Source: Eremomyces bilateralis CBS 781.70
Taxonomy: Eukaryota
Direction: 5' to 3' (one strand)
Length of the DNA: 59,090 nucleotides
Assembly: GCA_010015585.1 (NCBI GenBank)
Contig: ML975166.1
Below the pieces are notes generated by a model. It was not told where the DNA came from, ran no database searches, and saw only the letters and a list, made by a program, of their open reading frames with translations. Shown piece by piece: positions 35,165-47,503 of this stretch. The first letter of the stretch is position 1; the number at the start of each line of letters is the position of its first letter. The position numbers and the translations under genes are program-made.

Positions 35165-36592
35165 TTAGATCGATGTTTCCGTTTGCTCAACATCAGCCAC
35201 TGGTTCATGCGGCAAATCGAGCAGGGGCGGCTTCTTTATGCTATCGCCCTCTGCCTGACTTGTCTCTTCCATCAGCGAAAGATGGTTTTGCTCTAACCCC
35301 GAAGTCTCGGCGCTATGCGCGTTTAGATTGCGGTTTTCAGGGTACGAGGGAGACCTTTGAGCATCCGTGTCTTCCATCTCTTCAGGGCTCTGAGAATCTG
35401 CAATCACGGCCCTTGAATCCAGAGCATCATGCCCATCCTTCTCTTTATCAAGGGCCTCCCTAGATGTTTTTGCTTTCATGGCTCGCTCTCGTGCGTCGGC
35501 AACCAAAGATTCAAACTGGCTTTTGTTCTTGTCCCTCCAAACATCTTTGTCGAAATCTTTTTTCGAAACATCCGAATTTGATCCAGCCGTTCCCCTTAGC
35601 GATTGTCCGCCTTGAGTTCGCTCCCATACATCGAGCTCTCGCAGTAAATCCTTTTTCAATCTTGGTCTTGAACTGTCACAGTTGGCATTGTAGATGTTGA
35701 CCCATTCGGTGTGCCGCCGAATCAATAACTGCCGGGGACCCCAGTTCGGAATACCTAGTTCGGAGAGTTTGGTTCGAAAAGCGCTGTCTTTGAGAAGACT
35801 GTAGTTCAACTGAGCGATTGGTTGTAGAGCGAGGTCTCTCGGTGAATTCAGCGTTCTCGCGACGGTATTTGCAGGCTGATTCTTCGTGGGCCTGCTCATG
35901 CTAGCAGTGTTAGTCGTCAGTGCCCCGTGTGTATCTGTAGGCGCAGTGCAGTTGTCGAGATGGGAGAAGACATATTCCTCCTTCATCCGCTTTCCGCAGA
36001 TCGGACAGGGCACCAGCATGTCTGGGGTATTCGTAGACTCGCTGGAACGAGGCATTGCTGGTTCGGGGGTATAATCTGAGTCTTCGGAGTCGGGTATCGT
36101 AATTGGTTCGCCAGATCCGATAGGTATTGATGTGTGTTGTGGATTTCGTCGACTTTGGCTGCGCGTTTGTCTTCTGTCTGCACCCTCGTCATCCCTTGAC
36201 ATTCCTATGTCACGTTTTCGTTTGATCCCTCTCCTGCCTTGTATTTCATCCTCGGCGGGACAATTCAGAGTGTCCTGGGTAGACTGCCGCCGGGCCATGT
36301 TCATCATCGTCTTTCGAGAAGCGGTGAATGCGTCAACAGCTTCTTGGACTGCCCAGTTCTGCCTCAGCTTGCTTGCTTGATCTCCAGATCGGCAAGCGGG
36401 GCATTTTCCATCACTGGAAAGGCATTTTCGGATACATAATGAGCAGAAGGTATGTGAACAACTGGTCATCATTGGGGTGTCGAAGAAATCTTTGCAGACC
36501 TGACAGCGTAGTGAGGACTCGAGAGGAGCAATTTCGGGTAGCGCTGTCGACAACCAGTCGGACGGATCTGGTATTTCAAAAGTGGTGTCCAT
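35165..36592 (-). CDS. RAD18: E3 ubiquitin ligase Rad18 (RING, UBZ, SAP)
   Basis: D.SDWL.T; RING LRCQVCKDFF..PM.TSCSHTFCSLCIR.CL....CPAC; UBZ CPIC......F.HLDNC; SAP Y..LK...R.KL..LGIP..G.RQ.L..RH.EW...NAN.D. Confidence 0.95.
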   Translation of the reverse strand: MDTTFEIPDPSDWLSTALPEIAPLESSLRCQVCKDFFDTPMMTSCSHTFCSLCIRKCLSSDGKCPACRSGDQASKLRQNWAVQEAVDAFTASRKTMMNMARRQSTQDTLNCPAEDEIQGRRGIKRKRDIGMSRDDEGADRRQTRSQSRRNPQHTSIPIGSGEPITIPDSEDSDYTPEPAMPRSSESTNTPDMLVPCPICGKRMKEEYVFSHLDNCTAPTDTHGALTTNTASMSRPTKNQPANTVARTLNSPRDLALQPIAQLNYSLLKDSAFRTKLSELGIPNWGPRQLLIRRHTEWVNIYNANCDSSRPRLKKDLLRELDVWERTQGGQSLRGTAGSNSDVSKKDFDKDVWRDKNKSQFESLVADARERAMKAKTSREALDKEKDGHDALDSRAVIADSQSPEEMEDTDAQRSPSYPENRNLNAHSAETSGLEQNHLSLMEETSQAEGDSIKKPPLLDLPHEPVADVEQTETSI

Positions 36593-36644
36593 ATTGACAG
36601 TTCTGCGGATGATCTTGGGAGGAAGCTGTGGAAAACTGTGGGAG

Positions 36645-36650
36645 ACGCGT
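36645..36650. promoter_or_regulatory. MCB element upstream of RAD18
   Basis: ACGCGT ~55 bp upstream of the ATG, with a TCGCGT variant at ~36673. Confidence 0.5.
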
Positions 36651-36757
36651 TTCCTATCACCATGACGTGTTGTCGCGTTTATGGATGTTGGCTAAGTGTC
36701 TGGTGTGGCTGTGTGGATGGAATAGTGGCGCCTCACGCAGCAATCACTGCCTGGATT

Positions 36758-36950
36758 CAGTGGAGTAAAACCCCCGATAGTTATCAGGTATTTTCAAAAT
36801 ATCGTTTATAGTAAATATTTACGCCTGGGAAAAATCCCTGATTTCGGGTATTTAGTTAACAGTTTTCAAATATTGCCTTTAAGTAATTAAGCAATGGTTT
36901 ACGACCAGGGAAAAATACCCGATATCGGGCATTTTTATTCATGTTTGCTG
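36758..36950. mobile_element. Degenerate AT-rich MITE-like element
   Basis: Imperfect terminal inverted repeats (CAGTGGAGTAAAACCCCCGATA... versus ...TATCGGGCATTTTTATTCATGTTTGCTG) and an internal ~36-bp direct repeat at ~36818 and ~36898; much more AT-rich than the flanks. Confidence 0.5.
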
Positions 36951-37000
36951 CCTGTGTGGTATTGATGAAGTATGGAGTAGGGGGATGTTATAAGTTAGTC

Positions 37001-38211
37001 CTATAGCTTTTCTAATCCTCTCTTTAGCGGCCCTGGTGCACCCGTCTCATCAGTGATTTCTCCACGGTGGACAATATCACTCTCCCTTAAGGCGATGGCT
37101 GGAACCACCCATGAACCACATGAACAATGTCCTCCATGCCATGAATACGACCCCAAGGAAATCTTACATCCAGGGCAATATATCGTCCCTTTGGTCCATT
37201 CCTTCGAGAACTCCGCCCTCATCCAGGAGAGGGGCTTCAGCATGATCTGATCACACTTTGCATCTCCTGGATACGATGGCGGCCTGTATGGAGGCTCAGG
37301 AGGAAGATGAGGATGAACATAGCCCTCAGCCGCAAGGGCAAACCTTTGGGCCTTATTTAGTCGGCGACAACCAGCTGAAGGAATTCACTTACTTGCAGTG
37401 CCTGCACCGAATGGCATGTGAAAGTTCGGTTTCCACCTCCTGCTCAACCCCAGCTTGTGCTCGCATGTACTCATCTTCATACAATAGCCTCTCCGCTCCT
37501 GGAGCTTTACCCCTGAACCTAGCAAATTCGACTGAGAGAAGTCAGCGCAAATCCCAAAAACTTCTGTTGCGTATGAACGAACCTTCTTTCTTATGTTGCC
37601 ATCGACGATACAATTCCTGACCTTCAATCACATCTGGAGTGCCCATCTCATGGTATAGTTGAAGTTGCTCATAGAATCCAACGTTTGGTTCAACTACAGG
37701 GCGCCCTTCTCTTGCAAAGGCCAGGGCTTTGGCAGGGTCAAGGTCTCGGAACCTCCATAACAGATATGCAAGCGTAAACGTTGCAGAGCGGGATTTTCCC
37801 ATCGCACTTGAGGCTTGGTTAGCATTCAATTCCTCGGGGAAGATAAACACGACCAGACATACCAGTGCACCAAGACTCCTCCCCCACCTCTCAAGGCGTC
37901 ATCAATAAATTTATTGGTCTTAGGGAAGAATTGGATAATATCTTCATCTTCATCATCCTCAAGCTTGATTTGAAAATGCTCATAACCGTCGATCATCGCG
38001 GGTTCCATGTGGTAATTGATGGCAGAAAGGACATGTGTGACTCCAGCTTTGACCAAAGTCTGTTTTCCATGCAATGCCATCAACCTACAACGGTCAGTTG
38101 GTATCCGATCAGAGCCAGGAGTTGTACGACCTACCCTCCAATGAAAAGCTTCAGCTCCCCCGGGACTTTATCAAAGAAGTTCATCCTTGGTCTTCCATTA
38201 ATCCAATCCAT
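37001..38211 (-). CDS. YVH1: Dual-specificity phosphatase Yvh1; multi-exon
   Basis: Catalytic VLVHCAMGKSRS rebuilt across an intron; PN.GF.EQL.LY; C-terminal zinc domain RC..C ... PLSWMR ... CP.C..LG.YSW.G..CSCG.WVVPA. Start codon uncertain. Confidence 0.9.
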
Positions 38212-41200
38212 GCGTCATGAAAGGACACGCCGATATTGGCGTTTACAGCAAGAACATGTCGGTCCATAAGGACGTTGAATCTGGACGTCTTCAGGGTCGG
38301 ATCGGACCGCAGACCGAGGTTAGCGTTCATATCGTTCGGGATGCCGACAACAGGAGGTGGGTCTCATTTGCAAGTCGCGGGGTTTTAGCGGGGTTGTTAT
38401 TGTTCACAGTTGAAATATCTTCCCACCAGTATTGTTATTACTTCGCCAACAACTGTCGGTCATTACGGAATACTTCAAACCAGTATCAATGAGTTGACTT
38501 GGTGTCTTGGTCAGGTGACGTCGACTCTATCTGATTGCAGCCCTCTTCAACCTCACCTTGCACTCCATCACCGGACTTCCTCACTCTTCTACTGGGAGCT
38601 TCGCGTCTGCCACTATGCCTGCCTCTTGAACCGTTGCCAAGTTCGCTCAATGCTGAACAACGACCGTTCTGGTGCTGTCATTGAACAAAGATATCGTGCC
38701 AGGACAATGAGACTCTCGATTAGACACTACGGTAGCTCGCGTTCTCGGCGCACTACAGTTGGTACCCTAGGATCGGACTCCGCGATAGGTTAATGAGCGG
38801 GTCGCGGAAGAGATATCAGACATGCTGGAGTGTCACAGCGAAGCGGGCCCGCGATCTACCCGCCTAGTTGTACTATACAGCATGATGGGCGAGTATGTTA
38901 ACGAACCTAGTGCTGAGGAATCATCATTTGTCAACTACACCCATCATGGGCATACCTGGGATTTGCCGCGAGTGTCGCCAGGGCTGCAGTGCCGGAACTT
39001 TCAACTACACCAGCCATTAAGAATCTATCTCTCCGCCTCACCGCGACCTCGTTCAGGGCGTATGACGATGTCTCACAGAATCGAAGTTGTGGAGCACTAC
39101 CCTGTATTCTTATCCCTTTCTATATCGAGTAGGGTGTTGCGTGGTGACGCGATCGATTGCGCTGCTGGTTTGATGCCGGTCATTGAACGAGACGGGCGTT
39201 CTGGGCCTGGGGATAGTGCTGCTGTGATATCGGATTCTGAAACTGCGTCGGCGGCTGGATAGTTTTCGACACCCCTCTATATCCACGTCACTGAACGGGA
39301 GCGATTCCTAAGTCGCCAATACTCTCTAGGCCCCCTCAAAAACCTAACGCATGTTTCATTTTTCGTGATGCCAGGGTCGGACTATTTCGAGGCTAGCTGA
39401 CCTCGATTACTCTCAACTACTTCCTCTATAGTCCTCTGTTTTTTGTATTGGCGACGACAGTCAAAGATTGCCAATTCTGTGAGTGCATCTCCTGATTCGC
39501 GGGGCCAGCTGTGGGTAAGGTTCCTGACCTCCAGTTGCCTGCGATTCAGCATGGGTAGCTGTACAGTTTGTTTCTCGCACCCCTTTGATCCTCCATCGAC
39601 ATCGTCGGACTGACAACTATAGATCAAGATACCATAGCAGAACTATGTGTGCTTAATGTCCCAGCGGCCTGTTTCATCCCGCTGCTCGACCCACACCCCG
39701 ACGAGCTGAAGCGATGGCCACGGGAGGACACCCGTACACACCATTGGCAATGGCATGCGGTTGGCTTCGTCTTTCTAGGCGGAGCGAATGGGGTCGGAGC
39801 TCAATATCTCCATGTCTTTGGATAAAACTGCTCCGTGAGGGAAAGAGTGAATCGGAGATCCGCTCGTGAGAATTGAAGAGCTGCGTAAAGTAGAGCCTGG
39901 TACCAATGGAGGCATGAGACGAGACATCGCTGTCGTTTAGGGATATGCCAACGACGCCATCGGCTGCTATCGAGCGTGCCGTCTCGCATTCGCGATTCAA
40001 GTGCTTGTTAATCAGACCCGTTGCTTCTACCTCGAGTTTTTAGAAACGTTCCCAACACCGGCCTTTCTTGATTCCATCAATTTCCAGAAGGATTTCCCAA
40101 GCTTGAGCAGATAGTCTCGTCTGATACCCAAACCTTCCCTTATCGAAGCTGCTGCTCCTCTCTCCATTCCCCGCAACATGCCGCGACGAAGCCAAACAAG
40201 TACGCTACGACTTCAACTTGCCGAATGTCGGGAACCGGACCCAAGCACAGGTCCTTGCTGCAGGTGTGATTAAGCCCTTTGCAGAGTGGCTTTTGGCCCC
40301 CAGCACATTCGGTCTCCTGGATTCCAGCAACCCGTTCTTCGACCGACTGGTTGCGATATTCAAGCAACCAGGACTCGTGGCGGAGGAAATCGTGTGCGAA
40401 CTCCTCATCTCCGTATCGATAAATCGACGTTGCTCGAGGGATGGCGGATTCGGGACCCCGCTACAGTTCGGCCAGGTCGCCTATCATAAAGCAACTGGAT
40501 GCAACGGCGTGTCGCCATAGAGAGGTGGCTTGCGCGCGCCGTATGTAATGAGAATTCTGTCATGGATCAGCGATCAAACCGCAAATCAAGCCACATCTTT
40601 TCTCACTGTCCTTGGAACCTGTTCCCGAAAGCCGGGCTTCCAACGTCCGGCCTTTTTTTCTGCGTTCCAGACATTCGCGACAAAGATGAGCCGCACGTCA
40701 AGAGTGAAGCCGAAATCTTCCATCCGCCACCCGTGCTGCCCTTGTTTGGACCCAACCCCGAGAGCGATGAGGAGTGAGTTCCGACACGCTGTGACTTCTA
40801 AGATCAACCCACCTATGATCCTCGCTTCCGTGTGATCTCTGCTCGACCAACGCGGGTAGAGAAATGACACACTCCCGGTATGTGGAGATTTCCGAACTCA
40901 TGGACGGGGTGCTAGACGAGCTATATTCGGTCCCTAAACCCGCGTTTCTATCGCTCCGCTGCTGTGATGCGCCACGACCCGCCATCTCCGTCTCTCTTGT
41001 TGCTGGAAGATGGTTCTCTCCATCAATGTATATGGAAGCCTCATTCCGTCTTGCTCAACGGCTTGGCCTCTTGTATATTCTCATATATGTAACTTTATCA
41101 GCCGCCCATGCTTTGGGTCCCCTTGGGTTAGTTCAACCAATTTCAGAATAACACCTAGGTTCCGGTTGCCACTGTTCGAGGAACGGGCCAGACGATCTAT

Positions 41201-41715
41201 TGGTCGATGTTTATTCCCTCTTCCCGCCAGAAATCCAATCCTTTTATAATCCTTCACCGTAGCCTCCCACAGTGCCAAGTTTACAAGACTCATCGCCGCC
41301 CGAGTTCCATTCTTGGAGTTGGTGCTCCATAAGAACAGCACCTGAGGACAAATCATATGGTGAGAAATGATAATGCCCCTCTTGAAGACGAGAGAACGAA
41401 GCGACGTCGTCAATAATATGGGTACCTGAGGAGTTCCGTAGACTTGACGCCACTCCTAGTGCCTGTAGCTATCCTCCGGCCGGCCTTGCCGACTGTCGTG
41501 CCATCAGTGGCGGGGTTGTTCGAGCTCCCACGCACTATCTCCAGTGTCCACATCACGTTCATCGTTACTCATCATGCACGATCTTTGAGTCGCAAACATT
41601 AGATATAATAGCCTCCAGTCTACCCTTGTCTTTCTGTTTGGACTCAAAATCTTGATTCTGCAGATCTGCTATCCCGTTCAGCTTCCAGAAGCGGTCACAA
41701 GCTATCGACGTTAAG

Positions 41716-42527
41716 ATGCAACCACCAATCCGGATTGCCATTCTCGAATGTGACACACCTCTGGAAAAGACAAAAGCAAAGTACGGTGGATATGGAGGAG
41801 TGTTTAAAACCCTTATGGTCGGTGGTGCCAAATTGCGAGGACTTGATCCCGAAAGAGACTTGGAGATGACATCTTGGCCTGTCGAGAAAGAGCTGCAGTA
41901 TCCCGAACTGGAAGACATTGATGCGATCATGCTAACTGGATCCCGTAAGCTCCATTGGCCCCGAAAGGATGTCATACAGAAGCTGTGGAGGGCTGATGGT
42001 TATTTGCAGGATACAATGCTTTCGACAACACTCCATGGATAACTTCGATAGTCTCATATCTTCGTCGAGTCCTCGAACAAGACAGAGTCCGTATAATCGG
42101 AGTATGTTTCGGGCATCAATTGGTTGCCCGAGCACTTGGGACTCCGATTGGCAGAAGTGACATTGGATGGGAGGTCTCCGTGTGTCCAGTCGAACTCTCG
42201 CCCGAAGGACAGCGTATTTTTGGCTTGTCAAACCTAAAAATCTTCCAGATGCATCGAGACGTGGTCCAAGAGGTTCCCAAAGGGATGACTTTGTTGGGTA
42301 GCAGCGCCAGGTGCGATGTTCAAGGATTTTATCAAAAGAACCGAGTGATTACGGTGCAGGGGCATCCGGAATTCAGCAAAGAGATTGTATCAGAGCTTCT
42401 GTACGCGAGGCATGAATCCGGGATCTTTGACGACGACGAATATCAAGACGCAATGCAAAGAGTCGGAGATCAGCATGATGGAGTCAAGATAGCTGCTGCA
42501 TTTGTTTCATTCCTGCTCGAGGAATAG
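41716..42527 (+). CDS. Class I glutamine amidotransferase-like protein (YLR126C-like); one intron (~41945-42009)
   Basis: RIAILECDTP..YGGYG.VF; TGS; nucleophile elbow GVCFGHQ; GWE; H.D.V; QGHPEF. Confidence 0.88.
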
Positions 42528-43085
42528 AGCTTTCAGTGGATAGAACCAATTCTTATTTCTCAGTAGTAGAGTCTAGTGCAGCTAAGTACCGTACATTATA
42601 TTCAGGCAACTGACAGGCATTTTACAGACAGTTGATATTGCGGGGCCTGACATATCCTGCTTACCCGATGATAGAAGGGAACATATTTTGTCGCATATTC
42701 CTGTTATATGATGATGACCTTTGTCCCTCTTCCGCTAGACTCTGGGTTTAGCACCTCTTCATACCAATTGTGCCACAATGATTGAGCTGACATTGTTCAG
42801 CAATACGTTCATAGATAGCGTTCGGAGGACTGGAGCCATCGACAGTTTAACGCTGCTATAGTACAGTTTCTCGCATGCAAAATGTCAGACCCTGGGAGTT
42901 TCCAGTCTCGACACCGACAAGATTCTGCCTGACCCAAATTTACACCAAATTAACCCTTCCCATTGTTGAGAGACGCTCACTGTCGTATATAGTTTGACCT
43001 TTCACATTGTCTCCCTCGCGTTCTATAGGGCCCTATTTGGAGGACTCACAGTACACTGATGGTCGAAGAATGGCAGTGGCGAACT

Positions 43086-45359
43086 TCATGGGTTGGAGGT
43101 GTTCAATATCCTCCCAAGAAGCAATGCCTCAACATTGTCGCCTTTCTTTAACACCCCACTCCCAGCTGGCAAGCAAAGAAACGCGTTGGCACCTTTGAAA
43201 CTCCCGATCTTGGAACTTCTCTGACCGCCGGTACTCACAGCGCGAAGAAGGCCATCACTTTCAGCAAAGACGATGCCACGACAGTACTCCGGCCTGGTGG
43301 GGTCCATCTTAACTTCTTCATCCAGCCGGACATTGACTCTTGGAAGACCAAGAGGATGGATGCCACTTGCGTGATGTAGAGAGGGTAGAACAAAGAGGTT
43401 AAATGCGACCACCGCACTAGCAGGGTTACCAGGGAGTGAGAATATGACTTTTCTGACTCGTTCCCCGTCGTCCCCCTTGACCGTGACGGTCGCAAAAGTC
43501 GTTGGTTTGCCAGGTTTCATGTTCACGCGACCAAAATGAATGGTTCCGCCCAAGGAGCGTTCAATGGTAGGTTTTAGAAGATCGAGTTCGCCCATGGACA
43601 CTCCCCCAGTTGTGATCAAGACATCACATTGGCGAAGAGCCAGCCGTAGATTTTCTTCTAGGGCATGGATCCTGGATATTGAGTTAGTTGAGGCTTAAAC
43701 ATGAATGAATAGGAGGCGTACTTGTCGGACACAATGCCCAAGTCCACCGCCTCGAATCCGTTGGCCTTGACAGATGTTAGAAGTATCGGGCGATTCGTAT
43801 CTCGAACCTCGCCTAGCTCCAGCTGTCTCGCTTCGTCAAAGTCAATGATTTCGTCTCCTGTGCTCATCACACCAACGATGGGCTTTCTGTAAACCTCGAC
43901 CTCCTTCGCTCCAACCGAAACAAGTAGTCCAAACTCCCCACCGACCATACTGATTTGTTCTCCAGATTTCAGGATAGTAGATCCCTGGCTCACGTCGCTA
44001 CCAACTTCTCGAACATTCTCTCCTTTCTTGATTTCATCTGTCAATATTTCCACGTCTTTCTCTTCTTTGCCATCGTCTGTAACAGCGGCTACGGCCGTGT
44101 CTTCTACCATCACGACTGCGTCTGCACCGGATGGAAGAGGGGCCCCTGTCGTGATCCTTGCTATTTCACCTTCGTTCAGGACCCGACCCTGCCCCTTTGC
44201 AGCATGAGAGACGAGCGCAACCGGGTACGTTCCTGTGGAGAACTTGGGTTGACCTTTGGGAAAACGCACGGCATAGCCGTCAACAATACTTGCTCGAAAT
44301 GCAGGAACGGGCTCATTCGATTGAATGTCTGATGCAAGGACGTGACCGAGGATTGATGGGTCGACTGCGCGTATTGTCTTCACTGGAGGCGGAGTGTGTT
44401 CCGCTACTAAGGCGAGGGCATCTGGAACTGATAGCATCGGGTATGGCGATGATCGAGCTCGCCTTGTCGGACCTGCTGAAGGGTCATTTGACGTAGGTCG
44501 ATCTTTTGGGTTTGTATGTGCTCTGGGGCCATGGTGGCCATGATGGTGGTGACCATGATGATGGCAGTGAGATGGTTCTAGCAAATATAAGTGGTCATGA
44601 CTGGCGTGACGGAATTGAAATGGTATACGTTCGGATGAGCCCTTGGTCTCGGGCAACCTGACGCCTGCATCTTTCTCTAATTTCTCAATTCCTCCCGCAT
44701 GAAGCGATCTTGAATCTTCCCCTTGTGCCTGGATGCACGCATGAGGCAGGAGTTTGAGGACCGCTTCGAGGTTTTCTTTGGCCCCTTTTGGCGATCCTGG
44801 AACAGACAGGATGATGGTTTTGTTTCGGACTCCTGCCACGGGCCTTGACATCATTGCAACTTTCATCTGTTAGTGACCTGATTTCTCTAGGGTATGACCT
44901 GATCTTACACGGCGTAATAGCTAAGGAGGACGATAGCATTCCATGGCTGAAGAAACGAGTCATTATCTGTGGTCCAAACCAGGACTCCTATCCAAACTCA
45001 CACTAATCCTGGAGCATGCTTATGAATAAGAAAGCTCAACGCCTGCGGTATGTCAATTATCATGCAATTCGAGGTCTAGTAACACGAACCTCAGGAGTTT
45101 GATCTTTCAAAGCAAATCCAGTCCCGCCGCTTGTCACCACCAAATTCATTACAACTTCTCCATCGGTCCAAAGCCTTACGGCTCGTTGTATCTCAAGGAC
45201 ATTGTCCGGTACGATCAAAGTTTCGGCAATATCCCATTGTGATGAAACACTACGGAAGAGCTCCTTCAAAAGTGGAATAGTTCGGTCGGTTGATGGGTCC
45301 TTCGTAGCTGTGTCGGACACGATTAATATCCCCGCTCGCAATTTATTGCGGTCAGCCAT
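43086..45359 (-). CDS. cnxE: Gephyrin/CnxE molybdenum-cofactor biosynthesis protein (G + E domains); multi-exon
   Basis: G domain GILIVSD...TSGGTGF...D.TPE and PGSPKGA.EN; His-rich linker; E domain [63 protein letters not shown]. Confidence 0.93.
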
Positions 45360-45845
45360 TTCCTCCGTAGAAAATGATCAATAGTGGCAATTGTAGAATT
45401 GTGAAGCTTGATGTTTCTTTCGTTCTGGGAATAACTAGAGGAGTGCGGTACCATATGGAAGTAGAGTTATGGCCCGGAAGCTCTGGCCATCGTGCTTAAA
45501 GCTTCAAGCTTACGACACGACGCCACGAGCCCACGAAGATGCAAGTCCGTAACACACAACAATACTGGAGAAATGAATATAAAGTTTACATTAAGTGTAC
45601 ATGCCATATCCGCTACCGCTTTCATGTCCAGATCCACCGTGACTGCTAAGTCCGAAGAACGCCGTGCAAGCACAATGCCTCAATGTCATCCCTAAACGCA
45701 ATCTACATGATCCGAGGATGTCTGTCACGACCATGAGTCTCGATATTCGAGTATTCCCTGGCGTCCTAAGCTTCATAACATCCGCTTGAATATTCTTGAG
45801 CTCTCTGGCCAATGTAACCGATGATATGCCCACAGTTGGCATACT

Positions 45846-46642
45846 TCATTTGAAGTCAGCAGCCTTTCCTGACACCAGCAGCCCAATGATCAACCCGAAG
45901 AGTCCGAGGACCGAGCTGAAGATTTCGATGACGAGGATTTTGACAAAACTGCAGTACCATTAGCATATATCTTGCCATATTTCAAGTGGTACTAACAGTG
46001 TTGGATCCGCAGCATCTGCAAGAGCCGCACTACTTCCGTTGATGCCGACAGACACGCCGCAAACGAGATTACAGGCTCCAACTGTTATGCCACTCCAGAA
46101 TAGAGCGTATCCCGTATAGTAGTTCGATGCTGAATAGAGAGCATCGCCGGAGACAGGTGTGAGTTTCGCTGAGAAGACGATTGACATGATGACGCCGTAG
46201 ATGGCCACGACTTCACAAAAGATGATGGATATCAGATTCTTTGTTCGTATTCGAGGTGCCTTGACACCGCCGCCGAGGATAGATGAGCCGGTAATGAAGA
46301 TTCCCCTAAGGACAAGTTTTAGTTGGAGTTCATCAAAGGGTTGGACAATGTTCGTACCATGCGGCACCAACAACTGACAGGCCAATACAAAGCCCTATGC
46401 CCATATCCGCCCATGCATAAGGAGATACGCTCTCGAGAAATCGTCCGACCTAGATTCGTTATGAGGAAAGGCCTGCTAGTATCGAGGTGATCGTCTTACA
46501 TTGAAATGCTCTCCCTCACCCTGGAATAGCATGTCTGAATGGGATGTTAGGCAACATTGAATCGGGATGGGGATGATCACTTACACAGGCCAATCACACC
46601 AAGTGTAACGCCGACACCACCGACACCCCATTTGAGTGACAT
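45846..46642 (-). CDS. VMA16: V-ATPase proteolipid subunit c''; multi-exon
   Basis: [70 protein letters not shown]...[21 protein letters not shown]. Confidence 0.95.
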
Positions 46643-47057
46643 TGTAAGGACGATGAATATCGATCCTTTACGAGGGAATTGCGAGCTTGGAGAAGCATAA
46701 ACCGTGCTGTTGTCCGGATTGATCTTGGAGTCCGGCGGAGTTGGTGATGGCCATGGTGGAAGCTCATTCACGATCAACAGGGATGGGAGCTGGCACGTGA
46801 TATTGTGATCAGACACATCGAGCACAGCCACAGAGACTTCCGCGCCACACATCCCACCTGACGCCACACCTGTCCCGACCGCCGACTTCACTTCAACTAG
46901 AGGAGGTGAGGAGTTAACCACCTTTCATCTAACACTCACTTCCACAACAAGTGCATCCCCTCGCGCTCGAAGCAGGATATCGTTGATATCACCTCCATCA
47001 TTTGACCCTGCGGGTCCGCTTACTCGCCCGTGTTATCCCTCAGTACCCTCGTCCAAG

Positions 47058-47503
47058 ATGGCGGCTCAACCAAAGAATGAGAACTTCTATGAGCTATATC
47101 GTGTTTCGAGGTTTGTAATCAACTATCACCAAATGAAACACCCTCTTACAGGATATCTGGTAGCATCGGCACGACCCTCGCAGATACCATTGACGACATG
47201 ATCACTCTGAACAAGCTCGAACCTCAGATTGCCATGCGACTTCTTGCGACTTTTGATCGAGTCATCGCCGACGTGCTGTCCTCCCAGGTCAAGTCGCGAA
47301 TGAGTTTCAAGGTGTGTACCATACTCAATGCCACCTGGAATCGATTCTGACCCGTATAGGGCAATCTCGACACCTACCGATTCTGCGACGAAGTCTGGAC
47401 CTTCGTTCTCAAAGATGTCAAGTTCAAGATGGACAATCAATCCCCGCTTGAGGCTAGCCGGATCAAGATTGTTTCCATGAACAGTAAGCCTGGTGGAACA
47501 TGA
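47058..47503 (+). CDS. TOA2: Transcription factor IIA gamma (small) subunit; 3 exons
   Basis: YELYR.SSIG.TL.D..D..I...LEPQ.AM.L..FD....L...[20 protein letters not shown]...IKIVS.NSK. Confidence 0.95.
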
